From: a bacterium
Lineage (GTDB): Bacteria; Spirochaetota; Spirochaetia; Sphaerochaetales; Sphaerochaetaceae
Assembly (NCBI GenBank): GCA_963649615.1
Contig: CAVJIN010000001.1
Span: forward strand, 12,307-76,306
Direction of reading: 5' to 3'
DNA length: 64,000 nt
Each line of letters opens with the position of its first letter. The first letter of the stretch is position 1. Of this stretch, positions 36,630 through 46,293 are shown in pieces. The notes under the pieces are model-generated. The model ran no database searches. It was given only the letters and a program-made list of their open reading frames with translations, and had not been told where the DNA came from. The position numbers and the translations under genes were made by a program.

Positions 36630-37799
36630 ATGAAAAATTCCCTTTTGATTAAAAATGCAAACCTAATTACGGATAGCTCATCAAGACATAATTGTGGAAT
36701 TCTTGTTTCACAAGATGGTCGCATAGCTGATGTTTTTGATATAGAGGACTACGACCTTCTTTTACATGAAGCAAATGACGTCTACGATGCAAAAGGACAA
36801 ACTGTCACAGCTGGTTTAATTGATACCCATATTCATGGAATTGGTGGCTTTGGGACAGAGGACGCAAAAACAGAATCAATTTTAAAAATGTCAGAATGTC
36901 TTGCAAACTTTGGGGTAACTGGCTTTCTTCCTACTCTCTATGCCGGAAAGCCTCAAAAAATGGAAGCAGAAGCCTTGGCTATTCTAGAAGCTATGGGAAA
37001 AGAAAAAGGGGCTACAATTCTTGGTGTAAATTTTGAAGGTCCCTTTTTGTCTCCTTTAAAAGCAGGAGCACAAGATCCAACATCAATTTCTGAGCCAGAT
37101 GAAGACACCTTTAACCGTTTTATAAAACTTTGCAAAGGACACTTAGTTTGCATGACAATAGCCCCAGAGCTAAGCAATGTTGAAAAAATTGCAAGTATCG
37201 CACGAAAAGAGAACATTGTTTTACTTGCTGGACATACAAATGCTTCTTATAATCAGGCAGAGGCAGGGGTGGAGCTTGGAATAAAACATGCAACACATAT
37301 GTTTAATGCAATGCCAAGTATTGGACACAGAGATCCTGCTGTTTCAGGAGCAGCTTTAATAGATGATAGATTCTCTTGTGAACTAATTGCAGATGGAGTT
37401 CATGTAAACAAGGACTTAGTTAAATATGTTGCACAATCAAAACCTTCTGGGAAGGTAGTTTTAATCACAGACAGTTTAAAACCGGCAGCTTTAGGAGAAG
37501 GAAAATTTACCGCAAATGGATTGAATGTTGTTCTAGGAGAAAGAGGTGCTTTTGTTAATGCTGACAACCCAGCTCTTTTGTGTGGTTCTGCTTTAACATT
37601 AAATAAGGCTGTTGCAAATCTTTCTTCTTGGGGAGTAAACAAAGAGCAGACCATAGATATGGCCACGAAAAATCCAGCCACTATTTATGGTTTTAAAGAA
37701 ATTGGAATAATTAAAAAGGGCCATTTGGCAAATATCTCGGTTTTTGATGAAAATTTTAATGCTATTGCTGTTTTCATTAAGGGAAAGAGGAGGAAATAA
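36630..37799 (+). CDS. nagA: N-acetylglucosamine-6-phosphate deacetylase
   Basis: GLIDTHIHGIGG, the NFEGPFLSP block, and HMFNAM. Confidence 0.85.
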   Translation: MKNSLLIKNANLITDSSSRHNCGILVSQDGRIADVFDIEDYDLLLHEANDVYDAKGQTVTAGLIDTHIHGIGGFGTEDAKTESILKMSECLANFGVTGFLPTLYAGKPQKMEAEALAILEAMGKEKGATILGVNFEGPFLSPLKAGAQDPTSISEPDEDTFNRFIKLCKGHLVCMTIAPELSNVEKIASIARKENIVLLAGHTNASYNQAEAGVELGIKHATHMFNAMPSIGHRDPAVSGAALIDDRFSCELIADGVHVNKDLVKYVAQSKPSGKVVLITDSLKPAALGEGKFTANGLNVVLGERGAFVNADNPALLCGSALTLNKAVANLSSWGVNKEQTIDMATKNPATIYGFKEIGIIKKGHLANISVFDENFNAIAVFIKGKRRK

Positions 37800-39235
37800 T
37801 GGATTTGTTTGAATATTTCAATCAGATTTGTAAGATTCCAAGAGAATCGGGAAACGAAGAAGGAATGAGACAGTTTATTCTCTCTTGGGCAAAGGAAAAT
37901 AAAATTGAAGCACAAAGAGACACTGCTGGAAACATCATTGCAAGAGTTCCTGCAACAAAAGGATATGAAGACCGTCCTTCAGTTGCCCTTCAAGGTCATA
38001 TGGATATGGTTTGTGTTAAGGTTCCTGGAAGTAAACACGATTTCACAAAAGATCCAATTGAAACAGAAATTAATGGGGATTGGCTAAAAGCAAAAGAAAC
38101 CAGTCTTGGTGCAGACGATGGTATTGGGGTTGCTATTACAATGGCAATCTTCACAGATAAGGAAAGCCAGCATGGTCCCCTTGAAGCTATTTTCACCTTC
38201 TCAGAAGAAACAGGAATGGACGGGGCTTTTGGACTTGATGGTTCTCTTATTAAAAGTAAAAAACTTATTAACCTCGACAGTGAAGAAGAAGGAATTATTT
38301 ATATTGGTTGTGCCGGAGGAGTAGATTTAGTCTCGGATACCGTTTTAGAATCCTCCTCTGCAAATAAAAACTGGAAACCCCTCAAAATAACAGTTGGAGG
38401 GCTAAAAGGAGGACATAGCGGAGGAGATATTCATCTTCAAAGACTCAATGCAATTAGTGCAATGGCAAGAATTCTTTATAAAATAAAAGAGGTAGGATGT
38501 CAGTTTACTATAGCATCATTCAACGGAGGAATTAGAAGAAACGTAATTCCTTCAACCTGTGAATGTACAATCCTTGTTAAGGAAAACACTTTTTTTGCTG
38601 CAAAACAAGCAATTGAAACAACCTCAGAATCCTTAAAATTTGAAAATAAACTTGAAGAACCAAACCTTTTTGTTTCATATGAAGATTTAGACTCTTTTGT
38701 ATTTCTTAAATCCCTTTCAGAGGAATCCACAAATAGAGTCATCAGTCTTTTATTTGCACTTCCACATGGAGTATTTTCAATGAGCAAAGCCCTTCCTGGT
38801 ATTGTTGAAACTTCAAACAATCTTGCTATTGTTCACACAAACGAAGAAGGAAATTTCCACATGGAACTTAGCGTAAGAAGCAACATTGATAGCGCAAAGG
38901 AATATCTTGTCAAGAAAATTGCCACAATAGTATCGGCCTTTGGATTTAACTATAAGATTGGAGATGGCTACCCTTCTTGGACTCCAGATCCAAATTCAAT
39001 GTTGGCTGCTTTCTGCGCAAAAGCCTATGAAGAAAACACAGGAAAAAAACCTCTTGTGACCGCAATCCATGCAGGACTTGAGTGTGGAGTTATAAGCAGT
39101 AAGGTTCCTGGAATGGATAGTGTTTCAATTGGGCCAAACTTAGTAGACATCCACTCTACAAACGAGAAAGTTTCAATAAGTTCAGCAAAGAGAACTTACA
39201 ATTTTGTTAAACACCTATTGTCTATAATTAAGTAA
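37799..39235 (+). CDS. pepD: Aminoacyl-histidine dipeptidase (M20C, PepD-like)
   Basis: IPRESGNE, QGHMDMV, GADDGIG and SEETGMDGA motifs. The start overlaps the nagA stop (TAATG). Confidence 0.85.
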   Translation: MDLFEYFNQICKIPRESGNEEGMRQFILSWAKENKIEAQRDTAGNIIARVPATKGYEDRPSVALQGHMDMVCVKVPGSKHDFTKDPIETEINGDWLKAKETSLGADDGIGVAITMAIFTDKESQHGPLEAIFTFSEETGMDGAFGLDGSLIKSKKLINLDSEEEGIIYIGCAGGVDLVSDTVLESSSANKNWKPLKITVGGLKGGHSGGDIHLQRLNAISAMARILYKIKEVGCQFTIASFNGGIRRNVIPSTCECTILVKENTFFAAKQAIETTSESLKFENKLEEPNLFVSYEDLDSFVFLKSLSEESTNRVISLLFALPHGVFSMSKALPGIVETSNNLAIVHTNEEGNFHMELSVRSNIDSAKEYLVKKIATIVSAFGFNYKIGDGYPSWTPDPNSMLAAFCAKAYEENTGKKPLVTAIHAGLECGVISSKVPGMDSVSIGPNLVDIHSTNEKVSISSAKRTYNFVKHLLSIIK

Positions 39236-39256
39236 TTTGCAAGAGTATGAAAAGCC

Positions 39257-39964
39257 CTACACCAAGTTATATGGTAAGCCCTTCTTAGAGATTTCTTTAA
39301 GTTGGGCCTTTCTTTTATCTAAATCTGGCAAATATCTTCTCATCAACGCCCAAAAGTCTGGTCCGTGTCCTGCCACTTTTAGATGGCAAACTTCATGCAA
39401 TACTACCATATCTATGAGTTCGTATGGCAAAATTGCGCACATATAGCTGAGGTACAAACGCCTTTCTTTTGGATAGCAGACACCCCATTTTGTCTTGGCT
39501 TTATTTACACCAAAACTTGAAAGATCCCCCACCTCCACAATATTCAACCAATAAGCAATTCTACTAGCAAGCACCTCTGCAACCGTGTCTATATACATTT
39601 GCTTGATGGCTTGTTTTACAAGACCGATATCCTTATTTTCAACATATACTGTTAATTTTTCGTCTTCTACTTTATATTGGGCCATTTTTCTCTGTTTTTG
39701 TAGAGTTTCAAAAACCTCAAGAACTCTTGGTGTTCCAAGAAGCATTATGGTATCTCCAGTTTCATAAGAAGGGGGAACTCTTTTCTCAGCTCTTTCAATT
39801 GTACTCTTACAGCTTACAACGAATTCTTCAATTTTAGAAAGTTTAACCCAATAAGGAACAGAAACCACAACCTTCCCTTCGTTACTTATCTTAAGTCGTA
39901 AATTCCGCATTCCCCTCTTTCTAATGAGATAATAAGAAATTCCCTGAACTTCTCTCTCTTCCAT
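39257..39964 (-). CDS. YgjP-like (DUF45/M48-type) metal-dependent hydrolase
   Basis: HEVCHL...H zinc motif followed by GPDFW. The ATG at 39964 gives the family-typical N-terminus, and the GTG at 40018 was rejected. Confidence 0.75.
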   Translation of the reverse strand: MEEREVQGISYYLIRKRGMRNLRLKISNEGKVVVSVPYWVKLSKIEEFVVSCKSTIERAEKRVPPSYETGDTIMLLGTPRVLEVFETLQKQRKMAQYKVEDEKLTVYVENKDIGLVKQAIKQMYIDTVAEVLASRIAYWLNIVEVGDLSSFGVNKAKTKWGVCYPKERRLYLSYMCAILPYELIDMVVLHEVCHLKVAGHGPDFWALMRRYLPDLDKRKAQLKEISKKGLPYNLV

Positions 39965-40036
39965 AAATGACCACCACAATAGTAAAAAAGCACTAGGAAA
40001 ATTCCCAGTGCTCGTCACTACAAATATAAAGCTTTT

Positions 40037-40067
40037 AGAGGTTTTTGTAAATTTTGCAAAAACCTCT
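40037..40067. repeat. AGAGGTTTTTG-N9-CAAAAACCTCT hairpin (family copy f)
   Basis: Perfect 11-bp arms between two co-directional minus-strand genes. Confidence 0.55.
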
Positions 40068-40072
40068 TTAAA

Positions 40073-40426
40073 TTACTGCTGTTCTTTGTTGCGTCTTGCA
40101 ATATCGGCTCTATCAATAAACTCAGCAATTGTAGCATTTGAATTCCTAATACAGTGAAGATCTACTGCAATTTCGCCATAGCATCTTAAAAACATGGCTT
40201 CAATTGCTATAACAATGAGCCCAACAACAATAAAAAGAATTCCACAAACAATTAGGGTAGCACCTGTTACAGGAACATCAGAAGGGTAGTAACAATCCTT
40301 ACAATTAGCGCCAGCAACAATCATGACAATACCACCAAGAATACAAAGAATTGATAAAACTATCTGAATGATATTAGCTAATTTTATAATTCCTTCACCT
40401 GAAGATTTTCCGTTTCTGTTTGACAT
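40073..40426 (-). CDS. Small two-TM membrane protein, unknown function
   Basis: 117-aa ORF with two hydrophobic helices and a charged C-terminal tail. Confidence 0.45.
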   Translation of the reverse strand: MSNRNGKSSGEGIIKLANIIQIVLSILCILGGIVMIVAGANCKDCYYPSDVPVTGATLIVCGILFIVVGLIVIAIEAMFLRCYGEIAVDLHCIRNSNATIAEFIDRADIARRNKEQQ

Positions 40427-40555
40427 AATTTTACCTCTGAAAAATTAATTTACCCAGTCATGTTACAACTTTCGTTTTTTTCATACAAGCATGACTTCTT
40501 AATAAGCATAACAAAACAAATAGATAAAAGTTTCTTTATGATATAAAATAAACCC

Positions 40556-41227
40556 ATGCACGATTTTAAAGTAATAGAAGTAAAAAGAAGTGTCTTTGAA
40601 GACAATAATAAAGATGCAAATCTATTGAGAGAAGAATTAAAGAAAGAAGGAACCTTTCTTTTAAACCTTATGTCTTCCCCCGGAGCAGGCAAAACCACAA
40701 CCTTAAAAAGAACCATCCAAATGCTAAAAGATGAAATTAAAATAGGTGTAATGGAAGCCGATATTGATTCGGATGTTGATGCTCAAACCATTGAGCAGAC
40801 AGGAGTTAGAGTAATTCAGATTCATACTGGTGGGATGTGTCACCTTGATGCGGATATGACAAGACAAGGACTTAGAGAATTTGGAACTCAAGACTTAGAT
40901 TTTGTTGTTTTAGAAAACGTTGGCAACCTTGTTTGCCCTGCTGAATTTGACACAGGAAGTACAAAAAATGCAATGATACTTTCCGTTCCAGAAGGCGATG
41001 ATAAGCCTTTAAAATATCCATTAATGTTCCAGATAAGTGATGTTGTGTTAATAAATAAATGCGATACACTATCTGTGTTTGATGATTTCTCAACAGATAA
41101 TGTCAAAGAAAGAATTCTAAAACTAAATCCAAAAGCTAAAATTTTCTTTATTTCTGCAAAAACAGGAGAAGGTTTTTCACCTTGGATAGAGTGGATAAGA
41201 GAACAGGTCAAAAAATATAATAAATAA
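40556..41227 (+). CDS. hypB: Hydrogenase/urease nickel-incorporation GTPase HypB
   Basis: P-loop SSPGAGKTT, GGMCHLDA and ENVGNLVCPAEFD metal-site motifs, and NKCD. No His-rich N-terminal region is present. Confidence 0.85.
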   Translation: MHDFKVIEVKRSVFEDNNKDANLLREELKKEGTFLLNLMSSPGAGKTTTLKRTIQMLKDEIKIGVMEADIDSDVDAQTIEQTGVRVIQIHTGGMCHLDADMTRQGLREFGTQDLDFVVLENVGNLVCPAEFDTGSTKNAMILSVPEGDDKPLKYPLMFQISDVVLINKCDTLSVFDDFSTDNVKERILKLNPKAKIFFISAKTGEGFSPWIEWIREQVKKYNK

Positions 41228-41228
41228 A

Positions 41229-41576
41229 ATGCACGAACTTGGCGTAGTCTTTCATGTAATCAATATAGTAGAAGACCTCTGTGAAGAAAATTCCCTCACA
41301 GAAGTTAAATCTGTCACTCTCCAGTTAGGTGAAGTCTCAACGGTTATAGAATCTTATCTTCACGATGTTTGGAAATGGGCCGTGCTAAATAGATCCACCC
41401 ATATGAAAGAAGCAAAACTCATAGTAGAGAAAATTCCTGCTATCACTTATTGTGAAAATTGCGGTGAGAAATATAGCACAGTTCAATACGGAAAAATCTG
41501 CCCTGCTTGTAGCAGTGAAAAAACATACCTAATACAAGGAAACGAGTTTACTATTAAGGAAATTGAAGCTCGATAA
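41229..41576 (+). CDS. hypA: Nickel metallochaperone HypA
   Basis: N-terminal MHE nickel motif and the zinc site CENCG...CPACS. The gene starts 1 nt after the hypB stop. Confidence 0.85.
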   Translation: MHELGVVFHVINIVEDLCEENSLTEVKSVTLQLGEVSTVIESYLHDVWKWAVLNRSTHMKEAKLIVEKIPAITYCENCGEKYSTVQYGKICPACSSEKTYLIQGNEFTIKEIEAR

Positions 41577-41586
41577 GTGAAAATTT

Positions 41587-42780
41587 ATGAATGTAGAAAA
41601 AGTTAGTGATACCATAAATAAAATATTTCTAGACAACGGAGATGAAATTATTCTCGTTGGAACAGCCCATGTCTCTCAAAATAGTGTTGATGAAGTGAGA
41701 CAAGTAATTGAAGAAGAAAACCCAGATCACATTTGTCTTGAATTAGACAAGGGAAGATATGACAGCAAAACCAAAGAAAATAGCTATTCTAATATGGATT
41801 TGGTTAAAATCTTTAAGGAAGGCAAAGCTTTTTTAGTTCTTGCAAATACAGCATTAGCCTCTTTCCAAAAGAAAATGGGAGCTCAAACAGGCTCAGCTCC
41901 AGGAGAAGAAATTTTATGTGCTGGAAAAATTGCAGAAGAAAAAGGTATCCCCTTCTCTCTTTGTGACCGCGAGATTCAAGTAACACTTAAAAGAGCATGG
42001 CGAAAAAGCAATTTTTGGAACAAGGCAAAACTTCTCTCCACTCTTCTTTCCAGTGCCTTTGACAAAGAAGAATTTAAGCCCGAAGAGTTAGAAGAACTAA
42101 AGAAGTCCGATACTCTTCAGGAAATGATGAATGAATTAGCAAAAGAACTTCCAGGGGCAAAAGAAGCTCTCATTGATGAGAGAGATAGATACTTAGCAAC
42201 AAAGATTATGGAAGCTCCTGGACATAAAAAGGTAGCTGTAATTGGAGCTGGACATGCCAATGGCATTATTAAGACTATTGAAAAACTTGAAAAGGGAGAA
42301 CTTTCAAAAGACCTTAGTTCTATATCCCAAGTTCCAAAACCTTCAAAAGCAGGAAAAGTCGCCGGCTGGGCAGTCCCAATTGCAATTATTGCTATTGTTG
42401 TGATTGTAGGCTTTATGCAAGGCTTTGACCAAGGTCTTAAATACTTTATTATTTGGGCTTGCACAAACTCTCTTACAACCGTTTTGTTCTCAATCCTATC
42501 TTTAGCTCATCCTTTGAACTGGCTTATATCTGCCATAGCTGCTCCAATAGCAGTTCTTAACCCCGCCATTGGAGTTGGAATTATAACAGGAATTGCAGAA
42601 GCTAAACTCAGAAAACCCAAGGTCAAAGATTTTGAAACAATCGCGGATGATATTTCATCTTTCAAGGGATGGTTTAAAAACCGAGTTCTTCACGCTTTTA
42701 CTGTTTTCTTTGGCACTAGCGTTGGAAGTATAGTTGGAACTTTTATTCTCTTCCCTATTATGCTAAAGATTTTTAGCTAA
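41587..42780 (+). CDS. TraB/GumN-family protein with C-terminal TM segments
   Basis: ILVGTAHVSQNSVDEV and VIGAGHANGI motifs, with four C-terminal hydrophobic helices. Confidence 0.75.
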   Translation: MNVEKVSDTINKIFLDNGDEIILVGTAHVSQNSVDEVRQVIEEENPDHICLELDKGRYDSKTKENSYSNMDLVKIFKEGKAFLVLANTALASFQKKMGAQTGSAPGEEILCAGKIAEEKGIPFSLCDREIQVTLKRAWRKSNFWNKAKLLSTLLSSAFDKEEFKPEELEELKKSDTLQEMMNELAKELPGAKEALIDERDRYLATKIMEAPGHKKVAVIGAGHANGIIKTIEKLEKGELSKDLSSISQVPKPSKAGKVAGWAVPIAIIAIVVIVGFMQGFDQGLKYFIIWACTNSLTTVLFSILSLAHPLNWLISAIAAPIAVLNPAIGVGIITGIAEAKLRKPKVKDFETIADDISSFKGWFKNRVLHAFTVFFGTSVGSIVGTFILFPIMLKIFS

Positions 42781-42857
42781 GAAGATTTTTGTAAACTCCT
42801 CTGAGATAAGCAAAAATTTCCATAACGGAAAAACTTCAATAAGAAAGCTTTCCTCTT

Positions 42858-44201
42858 TTAATTTTTAAACACAAAGGCATCTTTAATTTTCTTGCAACGT
42901 TTGAGAAGAAGGCGCTTTTCATCAAAGTTCATAGAAAAAGGAACAATGGCTTTATCAAAGCCCATTTCATAAGCAGCTTTTAGTCTACGGTCTCCATAAT
43001 TAACAGGTCTCACCTCTCCTGCAAGACTAAGCTCTCCAAAACAAACCATTTTTGATGGAAGATTCTTTCCACAGCAGGCAGACCATAGAGCTACAGCTAA
43101 TGCCAACTCCACAGAAACTTCATTTACTCTAACCCCGCCAGCGACATTAACGTAAATATCTTTATCTCCCAATTTAACAGCTCCATGACGTTCTAGAATT
43201 GCAGCAATTCGGGTAACTCTTGAATTATCTATCTTGTCTGAATAAACACGACTGTAACCACTCTTTGCATCAACTACGAGAGCCTGAACTTCTACAATAA
43301 AAGTTCTGGATCCTTCTGTAATAGCAGTATAGGCAATGCCAGGAGGTAGTTCACTTTCTTGACGCTCAGAAATAAAAAAACTTGATGGGTCTTTTACTCC
43401 TTCCAAGCCCGCAGAAGTCATATTAAAAATTCCAATTTCATCAACAGAACCAAAACGATTTTTTGCTGCTCTCACAAGCCTTACGCCCATAGAAGCTTGT
43501 TCAAAATAAATAACTGTATCAACCATATGTTCTATGATTTTTGGCCCTGCTAATGTACCTTCTTTGGTTACATGACCAATAAAGAAAACAGCCGTCCCAT
43601 TTCGCTTACAAAGACTTGTCAATTCCATACAACAAGTTCTAATTTGAGTAACAGATCCTGCAAGAGACGTTAACTCTTCTGAGTACAAAGTCTGAAGAGA
43701 GTCTATGACCACAATCTGAGGTTTTTCTTTTTCCAAAACGTGTGATATTTTCTCAAGTTTTGTTTCACAAAGAATATTTATTTTTGATAAATCAAGACCA
43801 AGTCTTTCTGCTCTTTGTCTTACTTGACTGGCACTCTCTTCTCCTGAAACATAGAGAACTTTTCGTTTATCTGAGCTTCCAGCTACAACCTGAAGCATTA
43901 AGGTTGATTTTCCAATTCCAGGTTCTCCGCCCACAAGAACAGAACTAGATCTTACAATACCACCACCAAGAACACGGTCTAATTCTTCAATTCCACTAGA
44001 GACTCTGAATTCACTTTCATAAGGAACTTCAGACAAAGGAATAGAGATTATTTGTAAGGATTCCTTATTAACTTTTTTTTGTTTTTCTATTTTCTCTTCT
44101 GTAAAAGAATTCCATGCATTACAATCAGGACAACGCCCTAACCACTTTGAACTAGTATAACCACATTGAGAACAAATAAATTGCGTAGCACTTTCTTTCA
44201 T
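42858..44201 (-). CDS. radA: DNA repair protein RadA/Sms
   Basis: N-terminal C4 zinc finger (CSQCG...CPDCNAW), GEPGIGKST, the KNRFG motif, and a Lon-like C-terminal domain. Confidence 0.9.
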   Translation of the reverse strand: MKESATQFICSQCGYTSSKWLGRCPDCNAWNSFTEEKIEKQKKVNKESLQIISIPLSEVPYESEFRVSSGIEELDRVLGGGIVRSSSVLVGGEPGIGKSTLMLQVVAGSSDKRKVLYVSGEESASQVRQRAERLGLDLSKINILCETKLEKISHVLEKEKPQIVVIDSLQTLYSEELTSLAGSVTQIRTCCMELTSLCKRNGTAVFFIGHVTKEGTLAGPKIIEHMVDTVIYFEQASMGVRLVRAAKNRFGSVDEIGIFNMTSAGLEGVKDPSSFFISERQESELPPGIAYTAITEGSRTFIVEVQALVVDAKSGYSRVYSDKIDNSRVTRIAAILERHGAVKLGDKDIYVNVAGGVRVNEVSVELALAVALWSACCGKNLPSKMVCFGELSLAGEVRPVNYGDRRLKAAYEMGFDKAIVPFSMNFDEKRLLLKRCKKIKDAFVFKN

Positions 44202-44277
44202 GTTAGGACTCCTAATTTAAGAGTAAAAATTCACAGGCATCAAATGGCCTGTGATTCAAAGATATTAGCAAAAAGAA

Positions 44278-44337
44278 AAACCCGCAACCAAAAAACATTG
44301 CCCAAAAAAAGAAAACTAGTGTTTTTGGTACGGGTTT
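44278..44337 (-). terminator. Probable terminator of the PPIase gene (long imperfect hairpin plus T-run)
   Basis: On the minus strand AAACCCGTACCAAAAACA pairs with TGTTTTTTGGTTGCGGGTTT, followed by TTCTTTTT. Confidence 0.5.
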
Positions 44338-44392
44338 GTTAAAAAATACAAAGATTGTGGTTTTTTCTTAGTAAGCTATCCTTCCTTTCTAT

Positions 44393-45340
44393 TTAAAAAT
44401 CCAACAACTCAACATCAAAAATTAAATAAGAATTTGGAGGAATAATTCCCGGATAACCATGAACTCCATATCCAAGTTCTGGTGGAATAATTAAAGTTCT
44501 CTTTTCTCCCTTACTCATAGTTTGAAGAGCTTCGTTCCATCCTTCAATAACTTGTCCTACTGCAAAAGTTGCCGGCTCTCCTCTATGTACGGATGAATCA
44601 AACATTCTGCCATCAAGAAGGGTTCCTGTATAATGAACTGTAACATTTTGTCCATACTTTGGATGAGTTTTTCCATCTCCTTCTTTAAGTACAACATACT
44701 GAAGCCCACTAGAGGTTTTTTTTGCTTTTGGCCAGCGATTAGCTATCTCTTTTTCAACCTTTTCAATCTCATTTTTTCTTCTTTCCATTGCTTTTTTAGA
44801 AGCATCCTGAACAAGTTGTGCAAAGATTTCTTTAGTAACCTTAAATTTCTGAGCCTCTTCTCCAATGCGTTCAATTTTAATGTCATTAATTTTATCGCCC
44901 TGCTCTATTGCATTGACAACATCTTGGCCCTCTACAACCTTACCAAAAACAGAATGTTTATCATTTAACCAAGGAGTTTTTACATGAGTAATGAAAAACT
45001 GGCTTCCGTTAGTTCCTGGCCCAGCATTAGCCATACTCATAACACCAGGACCATCGTGTCTTAAGGAAGGATCAAACTCATCTGGAAAAGAATAACCAGG
45101 ACCACCCGTCCCATCTCCTTTTGGGCACCCTCCCTGAATCATGAAATTATCAATAACTCTATGAAACATTAGCCCTTCATAGAAGTTTTCACCTGGACTG
45201 TCAAAATTAAGTTCTCCTTCAACAAGACCAACAAAGTTAGCTACTGTCATTGGAACTTTTTTAAATTCAAGAGAAACAACAATCTTTCCCTTCTCCGTGT
45301 CTATAACTGCATAAAGACCATCTTTATCTTTATAATTCAT
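44393..45340 (-). CDS. Dual-family peptidyl-prolyl isomerase: N-terminal cyclophilin fused to C-terminal FKBP
   Basis: The cyclophilin part carries [13 protein letters not shown] and NGSQFFIT. After a charged linker, the FKBP part carries [16 protein letters not shown] and [10 protein letters not shown]. Confidence 0.85.
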   Translation of the reverse strand: MNYKDKDGLYAVIDTEKGKIVVSLEFKKVPMTVANFVGLVEGELNFDSPGENFYEGLMFHRVIDNFMIQGGCPKGDGTGGPGYSFPDEFDPSLRHDGPGVMSMANAGPGTNGSQFFITHVKTPWLNDKHSVFGKVVEGQDVVNAIEQGDKINDIKIERIGEEAQKFKVTKEIFAQLVQDASKKAMERRKNEIEKVEKEIANRWPKAKKTSSGLQYVVLKEGDGKTHPKYGQNVTVHYTGTLLDGRMFDSSVHRGEPATFAVGQVIEGWNEALQTMSKGEKRTLIIPPELGYGVHGYPGIIPPNSYLIFDVELLDF

Positions 45341-45369
45341 GTTAACTCCTTATATTATAAGCAATTATT

Positions 45370-46293
45370 TTATTCGTACAAATCTCCACCAGGAGAAATT
45401 ATCTGATAAATTCTTTCCAATTCTTCTTCAGAAGTAAAAGGAATAACTATTTTCCCTTTTTTCATTACACCATTCTTGTACTTCCCCTTAATTTCAACTC
45501 TACATCCTGTTGCAGAAAGAAATTTTTCTTCTAACTCAAGAATTTCAGGGGTTTTAGATGAAGAAATTGTAGATCTTCCTTCTGTTGGCCTTACAATTGC
45601 TCTAACACCTTTATTTAAACTGGCAGCCAATTCTTCTGATTGTCTTACAGAAAGATTCTCTTTTATAATCTTCGTGTAAAGGATATCCCTATCAGCAGGG
45701 TTTTCAACACTAAGAAGAGCTCGTGCATGCCCAGAGGAAAAGTCTCCATTTTCAAGCGAATCAAGCATTTTCTGTGAAAGATTCAAAAGTCTAATACTAT
45801 TGGTTATAGTAGAACGACCTTTTCCAACCTTTTTTGCAAGTTCATCTTGGCTAATTCCTGACTGTGTAAGGAGATACGAGTAAGCCCTAGCTTCTTCAAC
45901 AGGATTTAAATCCTCTCTTTGAATGTTTTCAATCAAAGAAACTTCCATACGCTGTAGATCAGTAAAAGAACGTACAATAGCAGGAATTGTCTTAAGACCT
46001 GCCATTTTAGAAGCCCGGTATCTTCTTTCACCAGCAATAATTATATAATTGTCATCTGCAATTTCCTCTACCAAAATAGGCTGAATTAATCCCTGCTCAA
46101 TAATAGAATCTCGCAATTCCATTAAAGCATCAGAATCAAAGTTTTTTCTTGGCTGATTTGGATTTGGTTTAATCTTTTCCAGCTCAATTTCATGTACTTT
46201 TGCACCAGACTCCTCAAGTTTTTTTGTTTCATAAGAATACTCATCAATAAGAGAGGAGATTCCTCTACCTAAACCATGTTTTTTAATTGGCAC
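45370..46293 (-). CDS. parB: Chromosome partitioning protein ParB/Spo0J
   Basis: GLGRG, IIAGERRYRA and an HTH region. The GTG at 46293 lies 9 nt after AGGAGG and is preferred over the track's TTG at 46299. Confidence 0.85.
   Translation of the reverse strand: MPIKKHGLGRGISSLIDEYSYETKKLEESGAKVHEIELEKIKPNPNQPRKNFDSDALMELRDSIIEQGLIQPILVEEIADDNYIIIAGERRYRASKMAGLKTIPAIVRSFTDLQRMEVSLIENIQREDLNPVEEARAYSYLLTQSGISQDELAKKVGKGRSTITNSIRLLNLSQKMLDSLENGDFSSGHARALLSVENPADRDILYTKIIKENLSVRQSEELAASLNKGVRAIVRPTEGRSTISSSKTPEILELEEKFLSATGCRVEIKGKYKNGVMKKGKIVIPFTSEEELERIYQIISPGGDLYE

Noticed and set aside
39684-39699. GAGTTTCAAAAACCTC inside the YgjP-like CDS as a ninth hairpin-family copy
   Set aside because: The arms are imperfect (one base missing) and the site lies within coding sequence. 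It cannot be distinguished from chance or codon constraint.
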